DNA from: Candidatus Saccharimonadales bacterium | GTDB lineage: Bacteria; Patescibacteriota; Saccharimonadia; Saccharimonadales; 2-12-FULL-41-12 | Direction of reading: 5' to 3' | Assembly (NCBI GenBank): GCA_036276755.1 | Contig: DASUOG010000005.1 | Location: 13,777 to 77,776, forward strand | DNA: 64,000 nt | Shown: one piece after another, positions 37,765 to 47,362 of the stretch | How the letters are laid out: each line of letters opens with the position of its first letter | Position numbering within the stretch: position 1 is the first letter of the stretch | Position numbers and translations under genes: made by a program | Notes under the pieces: generated by a model | Told to the model about the DNA's origin: nothing | What the model saw: the letters and a program-made list of their open reading frames with translations, nothing else | Database searches by the model: none

Positions 37765-38307
37765 CTAAACCTTCTTTACCTGTAGCGTGTCCAGTTCTAC
37801 CGGTGTTTCACGGCCGAACATATTAACCAGCACTTTAAGCTTGCCTTTAGTGGCATCTATCTCGTTGATAGACCCGTCGAAGCCCTTGAACGGACCGTCG
37901 ATTATATTGACGACCTCGCCTTCCTTGAGGTCTATCTTATGCTTTGGCTGCTCAAGGCCCATACGCTTGCGTATCTTATCCAGTTCATCCTTGCTTATGG
38001 GCGTGGGGTCGATGCCCGTCCCTACAAAACCGGTAACGTTCGGTGTGTTGCGGACTATATACCAGGCATCCTCGGTAAGTTTCATATGCACCAACACATA
38101 GCCTTGGAAAATGCGTTTTTCGACAATCTTGCGCTTACCGTTTTTTATCTCTATCATCTTTTCCTTAGGTACCAATACTTCAAAAATCTTATCGGCCATA
38201 TCCAGACTTTCGGCACGCTGGCGGATGCTTTCGGCGACTTTTTCTTCATAACCGCTGTAGGTATGGATGGCATACCAGTTTTTGGTTTCGTCGTATCTTT
38301 TTGCCAT
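37765..38307 (-). CDS. nusG: transcription termination/antitermination factor NusG
   Basis: WYAIHTYSGYEEKV NGN domain and C-terminal KOW (GDRVRI...). Conserved position after secE. Confidence 0.9.
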   Translation of the reverse strand: MAKRYDETKNWYAIHTYSGYEEKVAESIRQRAESLDMADKIFEVLVPKEKMIEIKNGKRKIVEKRIFQGYVLVHMKLTEDAWYIVRNTPNVTGFVGTGIDPTPISKDELDKIRKRMGLEQPKHKIDLKEGEVVNIIDGPFKGFDGSINEIDATKGKLKVLVNMFGRETPVELDTLQVKKV

Positions 38308-38329
38308 TGCTATACTCCTTACGCTTTGG

Positions 38330-38722
38330 TTATTTAATTATTATCTGCTTGAACAGTTTATCGAGCACGAAGTCCAATCCGGCGATAAAAACGGCAAAAA
38401 TAGCCGAAAAAACGAATACTGCGAACGTCAATCGTATAGTTTCCCTGCGTCCCGGCCATGTGGTCAGACGAAGCTCCTGCCAGGCGCCTTTCAGATACCG
38501 GGGGACGGCGAACAACAATCTGTCTAAAAACCGGCCTAAACGGTTGTCCGGCAGCCTGACGAATCGATTTCTTTTCTTGCCGCCACCCGAACGTATTTTC
38601 TTGATCGGTGCGAATCGTCGTTCTTTCGCGGTCTTTTTCTCACCACGCTTTTTAGAAGCGGCCAATTCACGCATAGAAGGTGCCCTAGCTGGTTGCTTTG
38701 ATGGTTTCTTCTTTCTTGCCAT
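38330..38722 (-). CDS. secE: preprotein translocase subunit SecE with long basic N-terminal extension
   Basis: C-terminal WQELRLTTWPGRRET followed by a single TM helix. About 70 aa of Arg/Lys-rich N-terminus. Confidence 0.8.
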   Translation of the reverse strand: MARKKKPSKQPARAPSMRELAASKKRGEKKTAKERRFAPIKKIRSGGGKKRNRFVRLPDNRLGRFLDRLLFAVPRYLKGAWQELRLTTWPGRRETIRLTFAVFVFSAIFAVFIAGLDFVLDKLFKQIIIK

Positions 38723-38817
38723 ATTCCCCTTGAATTTAAAAAACTACCATCGAGGTAGTTGTTGTGCGTCACTTGTCAATATACTTTATTAGGTTCCCCT
38801 TGTCAACAGAGAGAGGG

Positions 38818-40437
38818 TTATTTCAGGTTCGGTATCTTCACCGTGAATACGGAACCTTTGTTAAGTTCGCTTTTTAAATCTATCTCGGCATTCATCAACC
38901 TTGCAAGTTTAATGGTTACATATAAGCCCAGTCCGGTGCCGTTAGTCGCTCTCGTCCGATAATCCTCGCTGCGGAAAAACTTATCGAACACCTTTTCCTG
39001 GTCGCCTTTGCTTATGCCGATCCCGGTATCGGCTACTTCGAATACGACACCGGATGAATATGGCTTGGCCGATAGGGTAATGGTACCTTTCTCCGTATAT
39101 TTGATGGCATTGGTAATGAGGTTTTGTAAAATTTCCCGCAGATAGAGCTTGCTGGAGGTAAGGTCCTTCAGCGTATCGTCCATATTGACCCTAAGTTGTA
39201 AACCTTTGTTTTCAACTTCCGGTCGATAATCTACATCGAGTTCGCCAATGAGCTCACGGCAATCTATATCTTCGATCTCCAAATCAAGTTTCTCCCGTTC
39301 GGCACGTGATAACGTCGCCAGATCGTTGATCATCTTGCTCAAGAACAACACCTGATCATGGGCTTGCTTTAAGGCCTCCCGGACCTGCTTATCTCCGGAT
39401 TTTTTGACCAGGAATTCGGCGTTGCCGACTTCGCCCTCGGCAATAGCGATGGGCGTTCTGAGCTCGTGGCTGACCACACTTATAAATTCATCCCTTTCCT
39501 CTTCCAACGATTTTTCACGGGTTATATCACGAAACAGCACGACGAATCCTTCGCTGCCCTGCCTGCCGAAGCCCAGATGAACCGGGGCAACGCTCAAGTA
39601 CAGGTTGATCACGCTGCCGTCGGAATACCTAAGTTTATAATCCCTGTTGACGACCTGGGATTTGGTCTCTCTGATGAATTTATTGATATCAACCTGCTGG
39701 TTATTGTGATCCATAAATCTACCTATATCGGCGAAGGTTTTGCCGTGCAGGTCTATATTTAAATCCAGAATATTAAGGGCGGAACCGTTATATAGCGCGA
39801 TACGTCCGGATTCATCAGTCGCGATTACACCGTCTACCATGCTGTTGATAAGGCTGCCTAACCTTTCGGAAACAAGTTTTTCGCTTAATTGGCTGGCATT
39901 CAGCTGTTTGATGCTACGGTTGAACAAATCCCAGATTGATGAGACGAACATGCTGATGAGACCCACGAATACGGTAGCCGTGGCTATCGTAATGACGTCT
40001 CCCTGGGAAAGGTTATGTTGCTCTTTGATGACCCAAATGGTCACGCTAAGCGCAAAAATACCATATAAACCGTATGAGACCAGGTGCCTTACATAGATCG
40101 TAGTGGCGATGATCAGATATAACCATGCCAGGAAAACCATAGGTGTCAAAAAGCCGACTATAAAAACGCTTAATACGCCCCCCACGACGGCAAAAGAGAA
40201 GTTATAAGACAGGACCTTCTTCAGCGTGTACGGGTTCCAAAAATACTGAACAAAACCCATCAATACAAAAAAGACGAAACCGAACCAAAAGGCCGGATAA
40301 GAAAAAGAATAAGTAGCTAGGACGTCCCGCTCAACAAGAACCAGCAGAACAGCGACGGCCAACGAAAAGATCAAACCGACGGTTCTATCTTGTTTTACTA
40401 CTTTTTTGTCTAAGAAAAATAATTTTTCCGGGTCCAT
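38818..40437 (-). CDS. sensor histidine kinase (membrane, PAS, HisKA, HATPase_c)
   Basis: H-box SHELRTPIAIA. G-box GTGLGLYVTIKLARLM. About six N-terminal TM helices. No response regulator gene adjacent. Confidence 0.85.
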   Translation of the reverse strand: MDPEKLFFLDKKVVKQDRTVGLIFSLAVAVLLVLVERDVLATYSFSYPAFWFGFVFFVLMGFVQYFWNPYTLKKVLSYNFSFAVVGGVLSVFIVGFLTPMVFLAWLYLIIATTIYVRHLVSYGLYGIFALSVTIWVIKEQHNLSQGDVITIATATVFVGLISMFVSSIWDLFNRSIKQLNASQLSEKLVSERLGSLINSMVDGVIATDESGRIALYNGSALNILDLNIDLHGKTFADIGRFMDHNNQQVDINKFIRETKSQVVNRDYKLRYSDGSVINLYLSVAPVHLGFGRQGSEGFVVLFRDITREKSLEEERDEFISVVSHELRTPIAIAEGEVGNAEFLVKKSGDKQVREALKQAHDQVLFLSKMINDLATLSRAEREKLDLEIEDIDCRELIGELDVDYRPEVENKGLQLRVNMDDTLKDLTSSKLYLREILQNLITNAIKYTEKGTITLSAKPYSSGVVFEVADTGIGISKGDQEKVFDKFFRSEDYRTRATNGTGLGLYVTIKLARLMNAEIDLKSELNKGSVFTVKIPNLK

Positions 40438-40480
40438 TTATCTATATACTCGATTGGCTTATGCTTATTATAGCCGAATC

Positions 40481-41176
40481 TTAGGAAATCTTTGCGTAAT
40501 TGTAGTTTCGGATAGCCCTTCGGCGATTTTTATAGTCGGGAAGCATGGACTCTACTTCCTGCCAAAATCCCTTGCTGTGGTTGAGGTGTTTAAGATGAGC
40601 CAGTTCATGGACAATTACGTATTCTATTAGATCCTCCGGTAACCTCATTAAAGAAAGGTTGAATGTTATCTTTTTGTCCTGGTTGCAGCTACCCCATCTT
40701 GATTTTAAGTTTTTTATTCTTACCTCATCCATCTCAAGCTTTGCAGCCGTGGCTTTTTGACGCGTAAGCGGTATGAGAATCCTGGTTGCCTCGCTTCTTA
40801 AAAATGCCGTTATTTGCCTGTCTATCGTCTTTTGCACCTTTGAATCGTCCAGGCCTCTTGGAACATATACGTGTAAAAAACTTTCGCGGGCCTCATATGC
40901 GGCGTATCTTCTGTCATGAACGTGGAGCTTCAATCTGAGGTTCTCCATAACGGCCTGGCCGTCCTTCCAGCCAAGCTCCATGCTGTCGCGGTGCTTACTT
41001 ATCCAATCCTTTTTGCTGCGCAAATATCCAAGACCAGCGGCCTTAGGTACATACCATGGGATACTGAGACGCACGCCGCCGCGTCTGTCTATAGATAACC
41101 TAATGTAGCGCAAACCCCGCCTGCGAAAAATCTTTACGTTGCCTATTCCTTCGACGTTGATTTCGGATAAAGCCAC
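40481..41176 (-). CDS. YgjP/DUF45-family metal-dependent hydrolase (M48-like, HExxH)
   Basis: WGSCNQDKKITFNLSLMRLPEDLIEYVIVHELAHLKHLNH matches the DUF45/SprT-like zinc-peptidase core. Confidence 0.65.
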   Translation of the reverse strand: MALSEINVEGIGNVKIFRRRGLRYIRLSIDRRGGVRLSIPWYVPKAAGLGYLRSKKDWISKHRDSMELGWKDGQAVMENLRLKLHVHDRRYAAYEARESFLHVYVPRGLDDSKVQKTIDRQITAFLRSEATRILIPLTRQKATAAKLEMDEVRIKNLKSRWGSCNQDKKITFNLSLMRLPEDLIEYVIVHELAHLKHLNHSKGFWQEVESMLPDYKNRRRAIRNYNYAKIS

Positions 41177-41182
41177 GGCTAT

Positions 41183-41851
41183 TTAGCGAATCGAGATATC
41201 CCGGCGCTTGATATCTTCTCTGCCGCGCATGGATTGCGGTATAAGATTCACCAGTTCAGGGCGTATTTTTCTGACTATAATCTGGCTATGCGTCAGGACT
41301 TTTAGCTCTTCAAGTTTTTTAAAGACGGCATTTTTTTGAGTACTGAAGGTATGCTTACCGCTGATAACGACATATTCTTCATCATCCGGGTTCTGGCTGT
41401 TGTTCACGACCGACTCGAATTCAGCCCGGGTATAGCTTTTAGCATACCGGTCGTTGACCTTTCTTTTATCCCGCTTCCGAAGCCGGTCAAAGGCGGTATC
41501 TGCGTCTATCTGCAACCACGCCATCACCAGCTTGGCATTATTGGCATAAGCCAGGTTCCTGATTTTTCTTCTGTCCGATCTCCTGGGGACGGACACGTCC
41601 AGCAAGACGTTGAAGCCCGATGCCAGGAATTCCTTGGTCATGTATTCCACCAGCGCTTCGTATACTTCCGGGGTGTCTATGCCCTTTCTTTTGAGCTTAC
41701 CCCCGAGCTCAGTCCTTATCTTGTCCGAGTGTATGTGGATGGTATTGTTTATCTCCTTGGCAAATTGCCTGGCAAAGGTTGATTTTCCTGATCCGGGATA
41801 GCCATACAGAATTAGAATAAAAGGTTTTTTTACTTGAATCTTGCTCTGCAT
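41183..41851 (-). CDS. P-loop kinase (AAA_33/zeta-toxin-like nucleotide kinase fold)
   Basis: Walker A ILYGYPGSGKST. Walker B-like VLLDVSVPRRSDR. 222 aa. Confidence 0.5.
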   Translation of the reverse strand: MQSKIQVKKPFILILYGYPGSGKSTFARQFAKEINNTIHIHSDKIRTELGGKLKRKGIDTPEVYEALVEYMTKEFLASGFNVLLDVSVPRRSDRRKIRNLAYANNAKLVMAWLQIDADTAFDRLRKRDKRKVNDRYAKSYTRAEFESVVNNSQNPDDEEYVVISGKHTFSTQKNAVFKKLEELKVLTHSQIIVRKIRPELVNLIPQSMRGREDIKRRDISIR

Positions 41852-42013
41852 ATTAAGATATTTTATAACAACTTCAACAAAATATTAAGACATGCCCCGG
41901 TTTAGTTTGAGTTTGTTACAATTGTTATTGCGTTAACTCGTAGGGGCAAGCTGTCAGTGGCCAGTACGCAGACCTCTGAGTCCGCACCTTTACAATATTC
42001 GTATCTTTTTGAT

Positions 42014-42090
42014 AGGAGTGTAGCTCAGTTGGCTAGAGCGACGGTCTCCAAAACCGTAGGTCGGGGGTTCGATTCCCTCCACTCCTGCCA
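42014..42090 (+). tRNA. tRNA-Trp (anticodon CCA)
   Basis: aggagtg/cactcct acceptor, D-arm gctc-agttggcta-gagc, anticodon stem acggt/accgt with loop ctCCAaa, T-arm ggggg-ttcgatt-ccctc, and encoded CCA. Confidence 0.85.
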
Positions 42091-42229
42091 AAAAGGTGCG
42101 TGATTAGTCTTGACACATATGCCTTAATACAAAAAACCAACGGTGTTATGTCAATATTCATACAGCATTCATCGGTGATTTTTGTTAAATAGTCTATAAT
42201 ATAACTACAAGTCGGCGGAGGTAGCAGTC

Positions 42230-42955
42230 ATGAAGGAAAGGAAAACTGCACGCAAGAGCCAGGCATCCAGAGTCAAGCACTTGCGTCCAAGGTCCTTAAC
42301 TTATTACCTGAAAGCTACCAAAGCCACGAAGAAGATCGGCTCGATAGCCACTAATGGATTCTTCCAAGTACGGGACTTTCTTGTTAAAGAAATTCCCCTG
42401 CCGTCAGCCCGTGATATTACCGGTTCGCTTACCGGTTTTTTTAATAGATCTCCAGTACTTAGCGGCCGCACTGAAACGGCTTCCGCAAAACAACCATCCG
42501 AAAAAAACGGCAACAAAAAAAATAATAACAGTTTTGAAGACGATGATTTAGAAACGATAGTCAAAAATTCCAACGAAGTTTTAGCTGAAGCGACTACCGT
42601 TTTTCCCTTTACCTTGTTCCCTGATACGGTTACCGTTGACAGGACCAAGCTTACCATCACCCAACGCACGTTTTTCTGGTCCGGCAAGGTAACGACCATC
42701 CATATAGAGGATGTGTTGAATATCTCGGCGAACGTCGGGCCGTTATTCGGCTCGTTGACCATCGCTATAAAGGGCCTGACCTCGGAAGACCACTACTCGA
42801 TAAATTACTTCTGGCGCAAGGACGCCATACACCTAAAACACATAATCCAGGGACATATGATGGCCCAACATGATAAGATCGATTACCGGCATCTGGAACA
42901 TCAGAAACTAATAAGAACTCTCCTAGAGCTGGGCCAAGACTCAAACCCCGAATAA
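42230..42955 (+). CDS. hypothetical protein (basic N-terminus, possible bacterial PH-like C-terminal domain)
   Basis: 241-aa ORF with a canonical start. No catalytic motifs recognised. Confidence 0.35.
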   Translation: MKERKTARKSQASRVKHLRPRSLTYYLKATKATKKIGSIATNGFFQVRDFLVKEIPLPSARDITGSLTGFFNRSPVLSGRTETASAKQPSEKNGNKKNNNSFEDDDLETIVKNSNEVLAEATTVFPFTLFPDTVTVDRTKLTITQRTFFWSGKVTTIHIEDVLNISANVGPLFGSLTIAIKGLTSEDHYSINYFWRKDAIHLKHIIQGHMMAQHDKIDYRHLEHQKLIRTLLELGQDSNPE

Positions 42956-42962
42956 AGTAAGT

Positions 42963-43169
42963 TTATTTTTTACGCGGCTTGACTTCGTTACGCCCCAGGT
43001 TCTTCTTGGTTTCAACGTAGAGGACATGTTTGCGGGCTATCGGATCATATTTGCGAAGCTGTAACTTATCCGGCGTATTCATAGCATTTTTACGGGTATA
43101 ATAAGTACGATGTCCGGTCTCTTCGGACACTAAGCCGACCAATTTTCGCTTATCACTTTTCTTTGCCAT
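42963..43169 (-). CDS. rpmG: 50S ribosomal protein L33 (non-zinc form)
   Basis: MAKKSDKRKLVGLVSEETGHRTYYTRKNAMNTPDKLQLRKYDPIARKHVLYVE matches L33 with no Cys residues. The ORF-track start at 43220 runs into a tRNA fragment, so the start is placed at the MAKK ATG. Confidence 0.8.
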   Translation of the reverse strand: MAKKSDKRKLVGLVSEETGHRTYYTRKNAMNTPDKLQLRKYDPIARKHVLYVETKKNLGRNEVKPRKK

Positions 43170-43211
43170 ACGAATTAAAATCTTATCAAAAATGTTTACA
43201 TCTGTAAATAC

Positions 43212-43236
43212 TGGAGCCACCTGTCGGATTCGAACC
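43212..43236 (-). repeat. 25-nt duplicate of the 3' end (T-loop to CCA) of the adjacent tRNA-Thr
   Basis: tggagccacctgtcggattcgaacc is identical at 43212-43236 and 43291-43315. The first copy has no upstream tRNA body. Confidence 0.8.
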
Positions 43237-43261
43237 CATAACAGTTCGGGGAACTGTTATG
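43237..43261. repeat. perfect 11-bp inverted repeat with 3-nt spacer (cataacagttc ggg gaactgttatg)
   Basis: Read directly from the sequence. Lies between the two copies of the tRNA 3' segment. Confidence 0.8.
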
Positions 43262-43290
43262 TCGACGCGAGCGAAGCGTCGCTCGTTTTG

Positions 43291-43367
43291 TGGAGCCACC
43301 TGTCGGATTCGAACCGACGACCTACTGTTTACAAAACAGCCGCTCTAACCAGCTGAGCTAAGGTGGC
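43291..43367 (-). tRNA. tRNA-Thr (anticodon TGT)
   Basis: Reverse complement gccacct-ta-gctc...gctgt-ttTGTaa-acagt...gtcgg-ttcgaat-ccgac-aggtggc-t-cca folds as a cloverleaf. Confidence 0.85.
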
Positions 43368-43435
43368 AAATACTTTTAACAGTAGTAAATTGTAGCAAAA
43401 ACAGAGGAAATTTGCTAATATGCCTTAGTCCTGAC

Positions 43436-43510
<75 letters not shown>

Positions 43511-43648
43511 CGGCACTTTTATATATAATTTTACAAGCGTAGACAAAGTCTGTTTGTAAAATTAAGACGAAAAGCCGGTCAAGGCTGGTCAAAGATAAGC
43601 AGAAACATTTTGTGCGCGTCTTTGCAAGCCATCACCGAGCTTTGACGA

Positions 43649-43734
43649 GCAGGGTTAGTGAAGCGGTCAAACACGTCAGACTGTAAATCTGATGGCTTAT
43701 GCCTTCGTAGGTTCGAATCCTACACCCTGCACCA
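43649..43734 (+). tRNA. tRNA-Tyr (anticodon GTA), class II with long variable arm
   Basis: gcagggt/accctgc acceptor, anticodon stem tcaga/tctga with loop ctGTAaa, a ~14-nt variable arm, T-arm gtagg-ttcgaat-cctac, and CCA. Confidence 0.8.
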
Positions 43735-43817
43735 CGTCCAAACTAATAACAACCTCGCCAGAATTTGCGCAATCCAGTGGCACAAATTTTGCGGGGTTAT
43801 ATATTGTTTCTCCTTTT

Positions 43818-43857
43818 CCGAACAAAATATCTCTCATTTTGTTCGGTTATTATAAAG
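43818..43857 (+). terminator. rho-independent terminator-like hairpin (perfect 11-bp stem, 7-nt loop, then T-rich tract)
   Basis: CCGAACAAAAT-atctctc-ATTTTGTTCGG followed by ttattataaag. Lies downstream of tRNA-Tyr and between it and the convergent glnA. Confidence 0.5.
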
Positions 43858-43897
43858 TTGCGAAACGTATGCGAATCCTGCACTCTGCACTGTTCGT

Positions 43898-45322
43898 TTA
43901 GAATATGCTCCAAAGGTGCTGATTCGTCACTTCGTGGTGGTAGAGGATTTCAGCTTCTTTGATTATTTCACCCAGTTCCTTCGGGTTGCGGTGTGCAGTT
44001 GCTACTTTGTACTCCAGATATTTGTCTTTGCTCGTCTTGCCCATAATGTCGGTAGTAAACCGACTGGTTCTGAACTGCCTTATCGCATCATTGATATTAC
44101 TTGGTAAAAATTTAAGCCGCTGGCGTTTGCCGGCCGGCCGGGGCTTTTTATCCTCTACGGCTATTTTCATCACCATATAAAGCAGTAGGTAGGGGTTGGC
44201 GTCGGGGGAAACGGACCGGATCTCAATCCTTGCCGAACGCTCATTCCCCAACGGGACCCGTACCATGGAACCCCGGTCATTTGCCGAAGCTTTGATCTGG
44301 TTGGGCGCTTCATAATTCGGATCTAGCCGCCGGTACGAATTCACGCTTGAATTCAAAACCAAGGATATTTCCGGTGCACGTTTGAGAATCTTGGCTATCA
44401 AGTCCCAACCGAATTCCGATAGATTATCCAGACCGGATTTGTCATATAGTATGTTCCTGCCGTTCTTTGCAAGCGAGAAGTTAGTATGCATCCCGTTCCC
44501 GTTCAGTCCCTGGATAGGTTTAGGCAGGAAAGTAGCCGTCATCCCCAGGCTATGAGCCACTTGCCGACAAACCAATTTGTACAGTAATACCTGGTCGCAA
44601 GCCCTCACTACATCAGTGTAGGAAAAGTTGCTTTCAAACTGCGAAGGTGCGACTTCCGGATGGTCCTTTTCATTTTGGAATCCCATAGCTCGTAGTATGT
44701 CCGCTACCCTATCAATGAATACTCTTAATTTATCCAGAGGCAAGGCATTGAAATAACCCCCGGTCGTCATCAGCTCGAAGCCTTTGTGCCGGTTATAATG
44801 CTGCTCAGCATCCAGCCCGTTCAGCACGAATCCCTCTATTTCCGGCGCCATGAAGCCTTCCAGGCCGTTGGAAGATTTTATTCTCTTGGCGTAGTCCTGC
44901 AATCTTCCCCTAAAATCCGATTCGTAAGGCTTCAAATCTTTGTCCGCTATATTAGCGAACACCGCCACTTTGCCCGGTCCGAAAACATCCGATGGCAAAT
45001 AAGTAAGACTAGTCCAGTCTATGCTCAAACGCAAGTCAGACTCATGTAATTCGCTGAAGCCCCGGATAGATGAACCGTCGAAGGTAAGATTGTCCAATGA
45101 TTTAAGAAAAAATTTCTTGTCGTAATCAAGCATGTGCAGACGGCCTTCGATGTTGGCAAAGCAAACGGTCACGGCTTTGATACGTAATTCTTTCTTCAAG
45201 TTTGCTATATTAATCTTTTTTGCTTGATCGGGATCGGAAATACCGCGAGCTTTTAAATTTAATTCCTCTAGCTCGTTGTAAGAAAGCTCTAAGAAATCTT
45301 TCATTTGACTTTGCTGTTGCAT
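43898..45322 (-). CDS. glnA: glutamine synthetase
   Basis: PKPIQGLNGNGMHTNFSL (GS ATP-binding region consensus KP..G.NGSG.H.H.S). HPEVAPSQFE. 474 aa. Confidence 0.8.
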   Translation of the reverse strand: MQQQSQMKDFLELSYNELEELNLKARGISDPDQAKKINIANLKKELRIKAVTVCFANIEGRLHMLDYDKKFFLKSLDNLTFDGSSIRGFSELHESDLRLSIDWTSLTYLPSDVFGPGKVAVFANIADKDLKPYESDFRGRLQDYAKRIKSSNGLEGFMAPEIEGFVLNGLDAEQHYNRHKGFELMTTGGYFNALPLDKLRVFIDRVADILRAMGFQNEKDHPEVAPSQFESNFSYTDVVRACDQVLLYKLVCRQVAHSLGMTATFLPKPIQGLNGNGMHTNFSLAKNGRNILYDKSGLDNLSEFGWDLIAKILKRAPEISLVLNSSVNSYRRLDPNYEAPNQIKASANDRGSMVRVPLGNERSARIEIRSVSPDANPYLLLYMVMKIAVEDKKPRPAGKRQRLKFLPSNINDAIRQFRTSRFTTDIMGKTSKDKYLEYKVATAHRNPKELGEIIKEAEILYHHEVTNQHLWSIF

Positions 45323-45506
45323 TTTTAAACCCTCTCGTTAGCTAATCAAGCTTAATTTATTTAATACACACATGCTATGTCAAAGAATTAAATTTAATCC
45401 TTAAATTTTCACTATAAAACAGGTTCGCCTATCACTTATATGGCATAAACATGGTAAATTCTGTAAAAAACAGCTATATTTTTCTATTAAGTTATAATAA
45501 AACATC

Positions 45507-45770
45507 ATGGATAGAGAGAGACGACCGAAATATATTGATCATACCCTGTTAAGGTTAGTAGCCTTCATGCACTTGGTGGTGGGCAGTATAATCCTGATAA
45601 TCAGCGGGGTGGTATTATTCGCGCTGCCGGCATTCGCATTTTATTTGACTTTCCTCGCCGGGTTTTATTTTTTTCTGCCGGGTGTCATCATTACCTTCGG
45701 GCTGGTAGGCCGAAGGTCGGCCAGAACTTGGTCAAGGATGATGATTCCGGTTTGGAAATGGCTGCAATAG
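45507..45770 (+). CDS. hypothetical small membrane protein
   Basis: 87 aa with two hydrophobic helices. Confidence 0.3.
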   Translation: MDRERRPKYIDHTLLRLVAFMHLVVGSIILIISGVVLFALPAFAFYLTFLAGFYFFLPGVIITFGLVGRRSARTWSRMMIPVWKWLQ

Positions 45771-45812
45771 TCCCTAGAAGATGAGATATTCCCTCCTATA
45801 AGCGTTAGCGTC

Positions 45813-46484
45813 CTAAATGACTACTCTTTTGGCGCGCTGAACGCGGAATCTTTTCTTGCTGCCCGTAGAAGTTATCAATTTTGACAGCTTATCTTCCAGC
45901 AAATCAGCCTTTTCTTGTTCGTTGGTTTTTCTATACCCTTGTATCAGCAGTTTATAAGACTCCTTAGTAGGTTCTATCTCAACAGCTTTTTCCAGATGGT
46001 TTACCATCTGCTTGTTGTTCCCCAGATACTCCAAGGCTTTAGCCAGAGCTATATGTCTCGCGGCCATGCTGTCCTCTAATTTCAATGCTTCTTCAAAGGC
46101 AGTGGCCGCACGCTCGTAATTTTCGGTTTCATAATATACCAGGCCCAGATTATGCAGGCTGGGCGCCGAGGGCTCGATGCTACAGGCGATTTCAAAACAA
46201 TCTATGGCATCTTTGAACTCCTTTTGCTTGGCGTATAAGATACCAAGACGGTTATAAGCGGCAGCATTCTTCTCATCTATCTTCAAGATTGCCAGCAGCG
46301 CTTTTTCGGCTCTGACCAAGCGGTTCTCCCGCATGCCCTGGTGAACTATGTCCCACAATCTGCCGATACGACCGCTTATTTTATGCGGCAAATCTACCGA
46401 TTCACTTTCGTCGATTTGAAAGGCTCGTAATGCCAAGCCTGCAAATATGAGCAATAATAATAATTCGTACATAAACTCTACCAA
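45813..46484 (-). CDS. tetratricopeptide-repeat (TPR) protein with N-terminal signal anchor
   Basis: Several TPR-like 34-aa units (AAYNRLGILYAKQKEFKDAIDCFEIA..., LHNLGLVYYETENYERAATAFEEALKL...). Confidence 0.65.
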   Translation of the reverse strand: MVEFMYELLLLLIFAGLALRAFQIDESESVDLPHKISGRIGRLWDIVHQGMRENRLVRAEKALLAILKIDEKNAAAYNRLGILYAKQKEFKDAIDCFEIACSIEPSAPSLHNLGLVYYETENYERAATAFEEALKLEDSMAARHIALAKALEYLGNNKQMVNHLEKAVEIEPTKESYKLLIQGYRKTNEQEKADLLEDKLSKLITSTGSKKRFRVQRAKRVVI

Positions 46485-46503
46485 TTATAACATTTATCAG
46501 ATA

Positions 46504-47361
46504 TCAAAGATTGTAAAATACATTCGTTAAGAGTAGTTTCTGGTTCACGTTATATCTCTGTGAGCTCCGGGCCGTATTGATTCTTTTAAGTTGTTCCAGC
46601 AGCCTCTTGTCAAAGTGGTTATATTTATCGATCTGATTCTTCATAACGGTTTCCAGCACCTTGCAAAGCGATTCTAAATATAAATCCATATCGAATTCCT
46701 TGTCTTTCACCAGCCTGTCGATTTCTGCCAGACGCTCGAATCTATCGGCTTTGAGCATGGTTTTTATGCTGGAGATAGTATCCACCATCGGGTGTTCATC
46801 GTAATTTTTCAGCAGCTTTATAGTCATAGCCGGTTTGCCACCGCTTAACAAATATGCCTTTTGGACGACTTCTTCGCGGTACTTGTTATGGAAAAACTCA
46901 TTGGCTTGCTTGAGACTGATGGGTAGTACTGCGATCCAGGACAGTCTGGAAACCGTTGTAGGCAAAAGACTGCTTTTGGCATCGGTTGTAATTATTATCA
47001 CGGTGTCAGCCGGCGGTTCTTCAAGCGATTTGAGCATAGCGTTTTGTGCTTCGACGCCGAATTTTTCGAACGACCAGAACAAAAGACATCTTTTTATCCG
47101 CGGTTTGCCGGGTATCTTGAGCCGCAGGAATCTTATTGCCTCACGGACTTCTTCGATACCGGATTTTTCACAGTCGATTGTTAGGACGTGCGGATAATTT
47201 TCTAAATTTTCCACCCCCAGGAATCGCCGAGCTATGTAAAGAGCGAGGTATTTTCGGCCGCTTTCCTTTTCTCCTTGCAGACCGATAGCGTGGGGTTGGC
47301 TTGCGACAATCCTCCCCGTCGTTTCTTCCGTAGCCGGATTGATTAATAAATCAGTCATCAT
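46504..47361 (-). CDS. holB: DNA polymerase III delta-prime subunit-like clamp-loader protein
   Basis: AAA+-like N-terminal domain and sensor motif AQNAMLKSLEEPP. 285 aa. Confidence 0.65.
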   Translation of the reverse strand: MMTDLLINPATEETTGRIVASQPHAIGLQGEKESGRKYLALYIARRFLGVENLENYPHVLTIDCEKSGIEEVREAIRFLRLKIPGKPRIKRCLLFWSFEKFGVEAQNAMLKSLEEPPADTVIIITTDAKSSLLPTTVSRLSWIAVLPISLKQANEFFHNKYREEVVQKAYLLSGGKPAMTIKLLKNYDEHPMVDTISSIKTMLKADRFERLAEIDRLVKDKEFDMDLYLESLCKVLETVMKNQIDKYNHFDKRLLEQLKRINTARSSQRYNVNQKLLLTNVFYNL

Positions 47362-47362
47362 C

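Noticed and set aside
43170-43220. Upstream extension of the L33 ORF to a GTG at 43220
   Set aside because: The extension runs into the duplicated tRNA-Thr 3' fragment. The conserved MAKK start at 43169 gives a normal-length L33.
43658-43962. Three short + strand ORFs (65–69 aa) overlapping tRNA-Tyr and the terminator hairpin
   Set aside because: They overlap a well-folded tRNA and an intergenic hairpin and have no RBS, so they are spurious ORF-finder calls.
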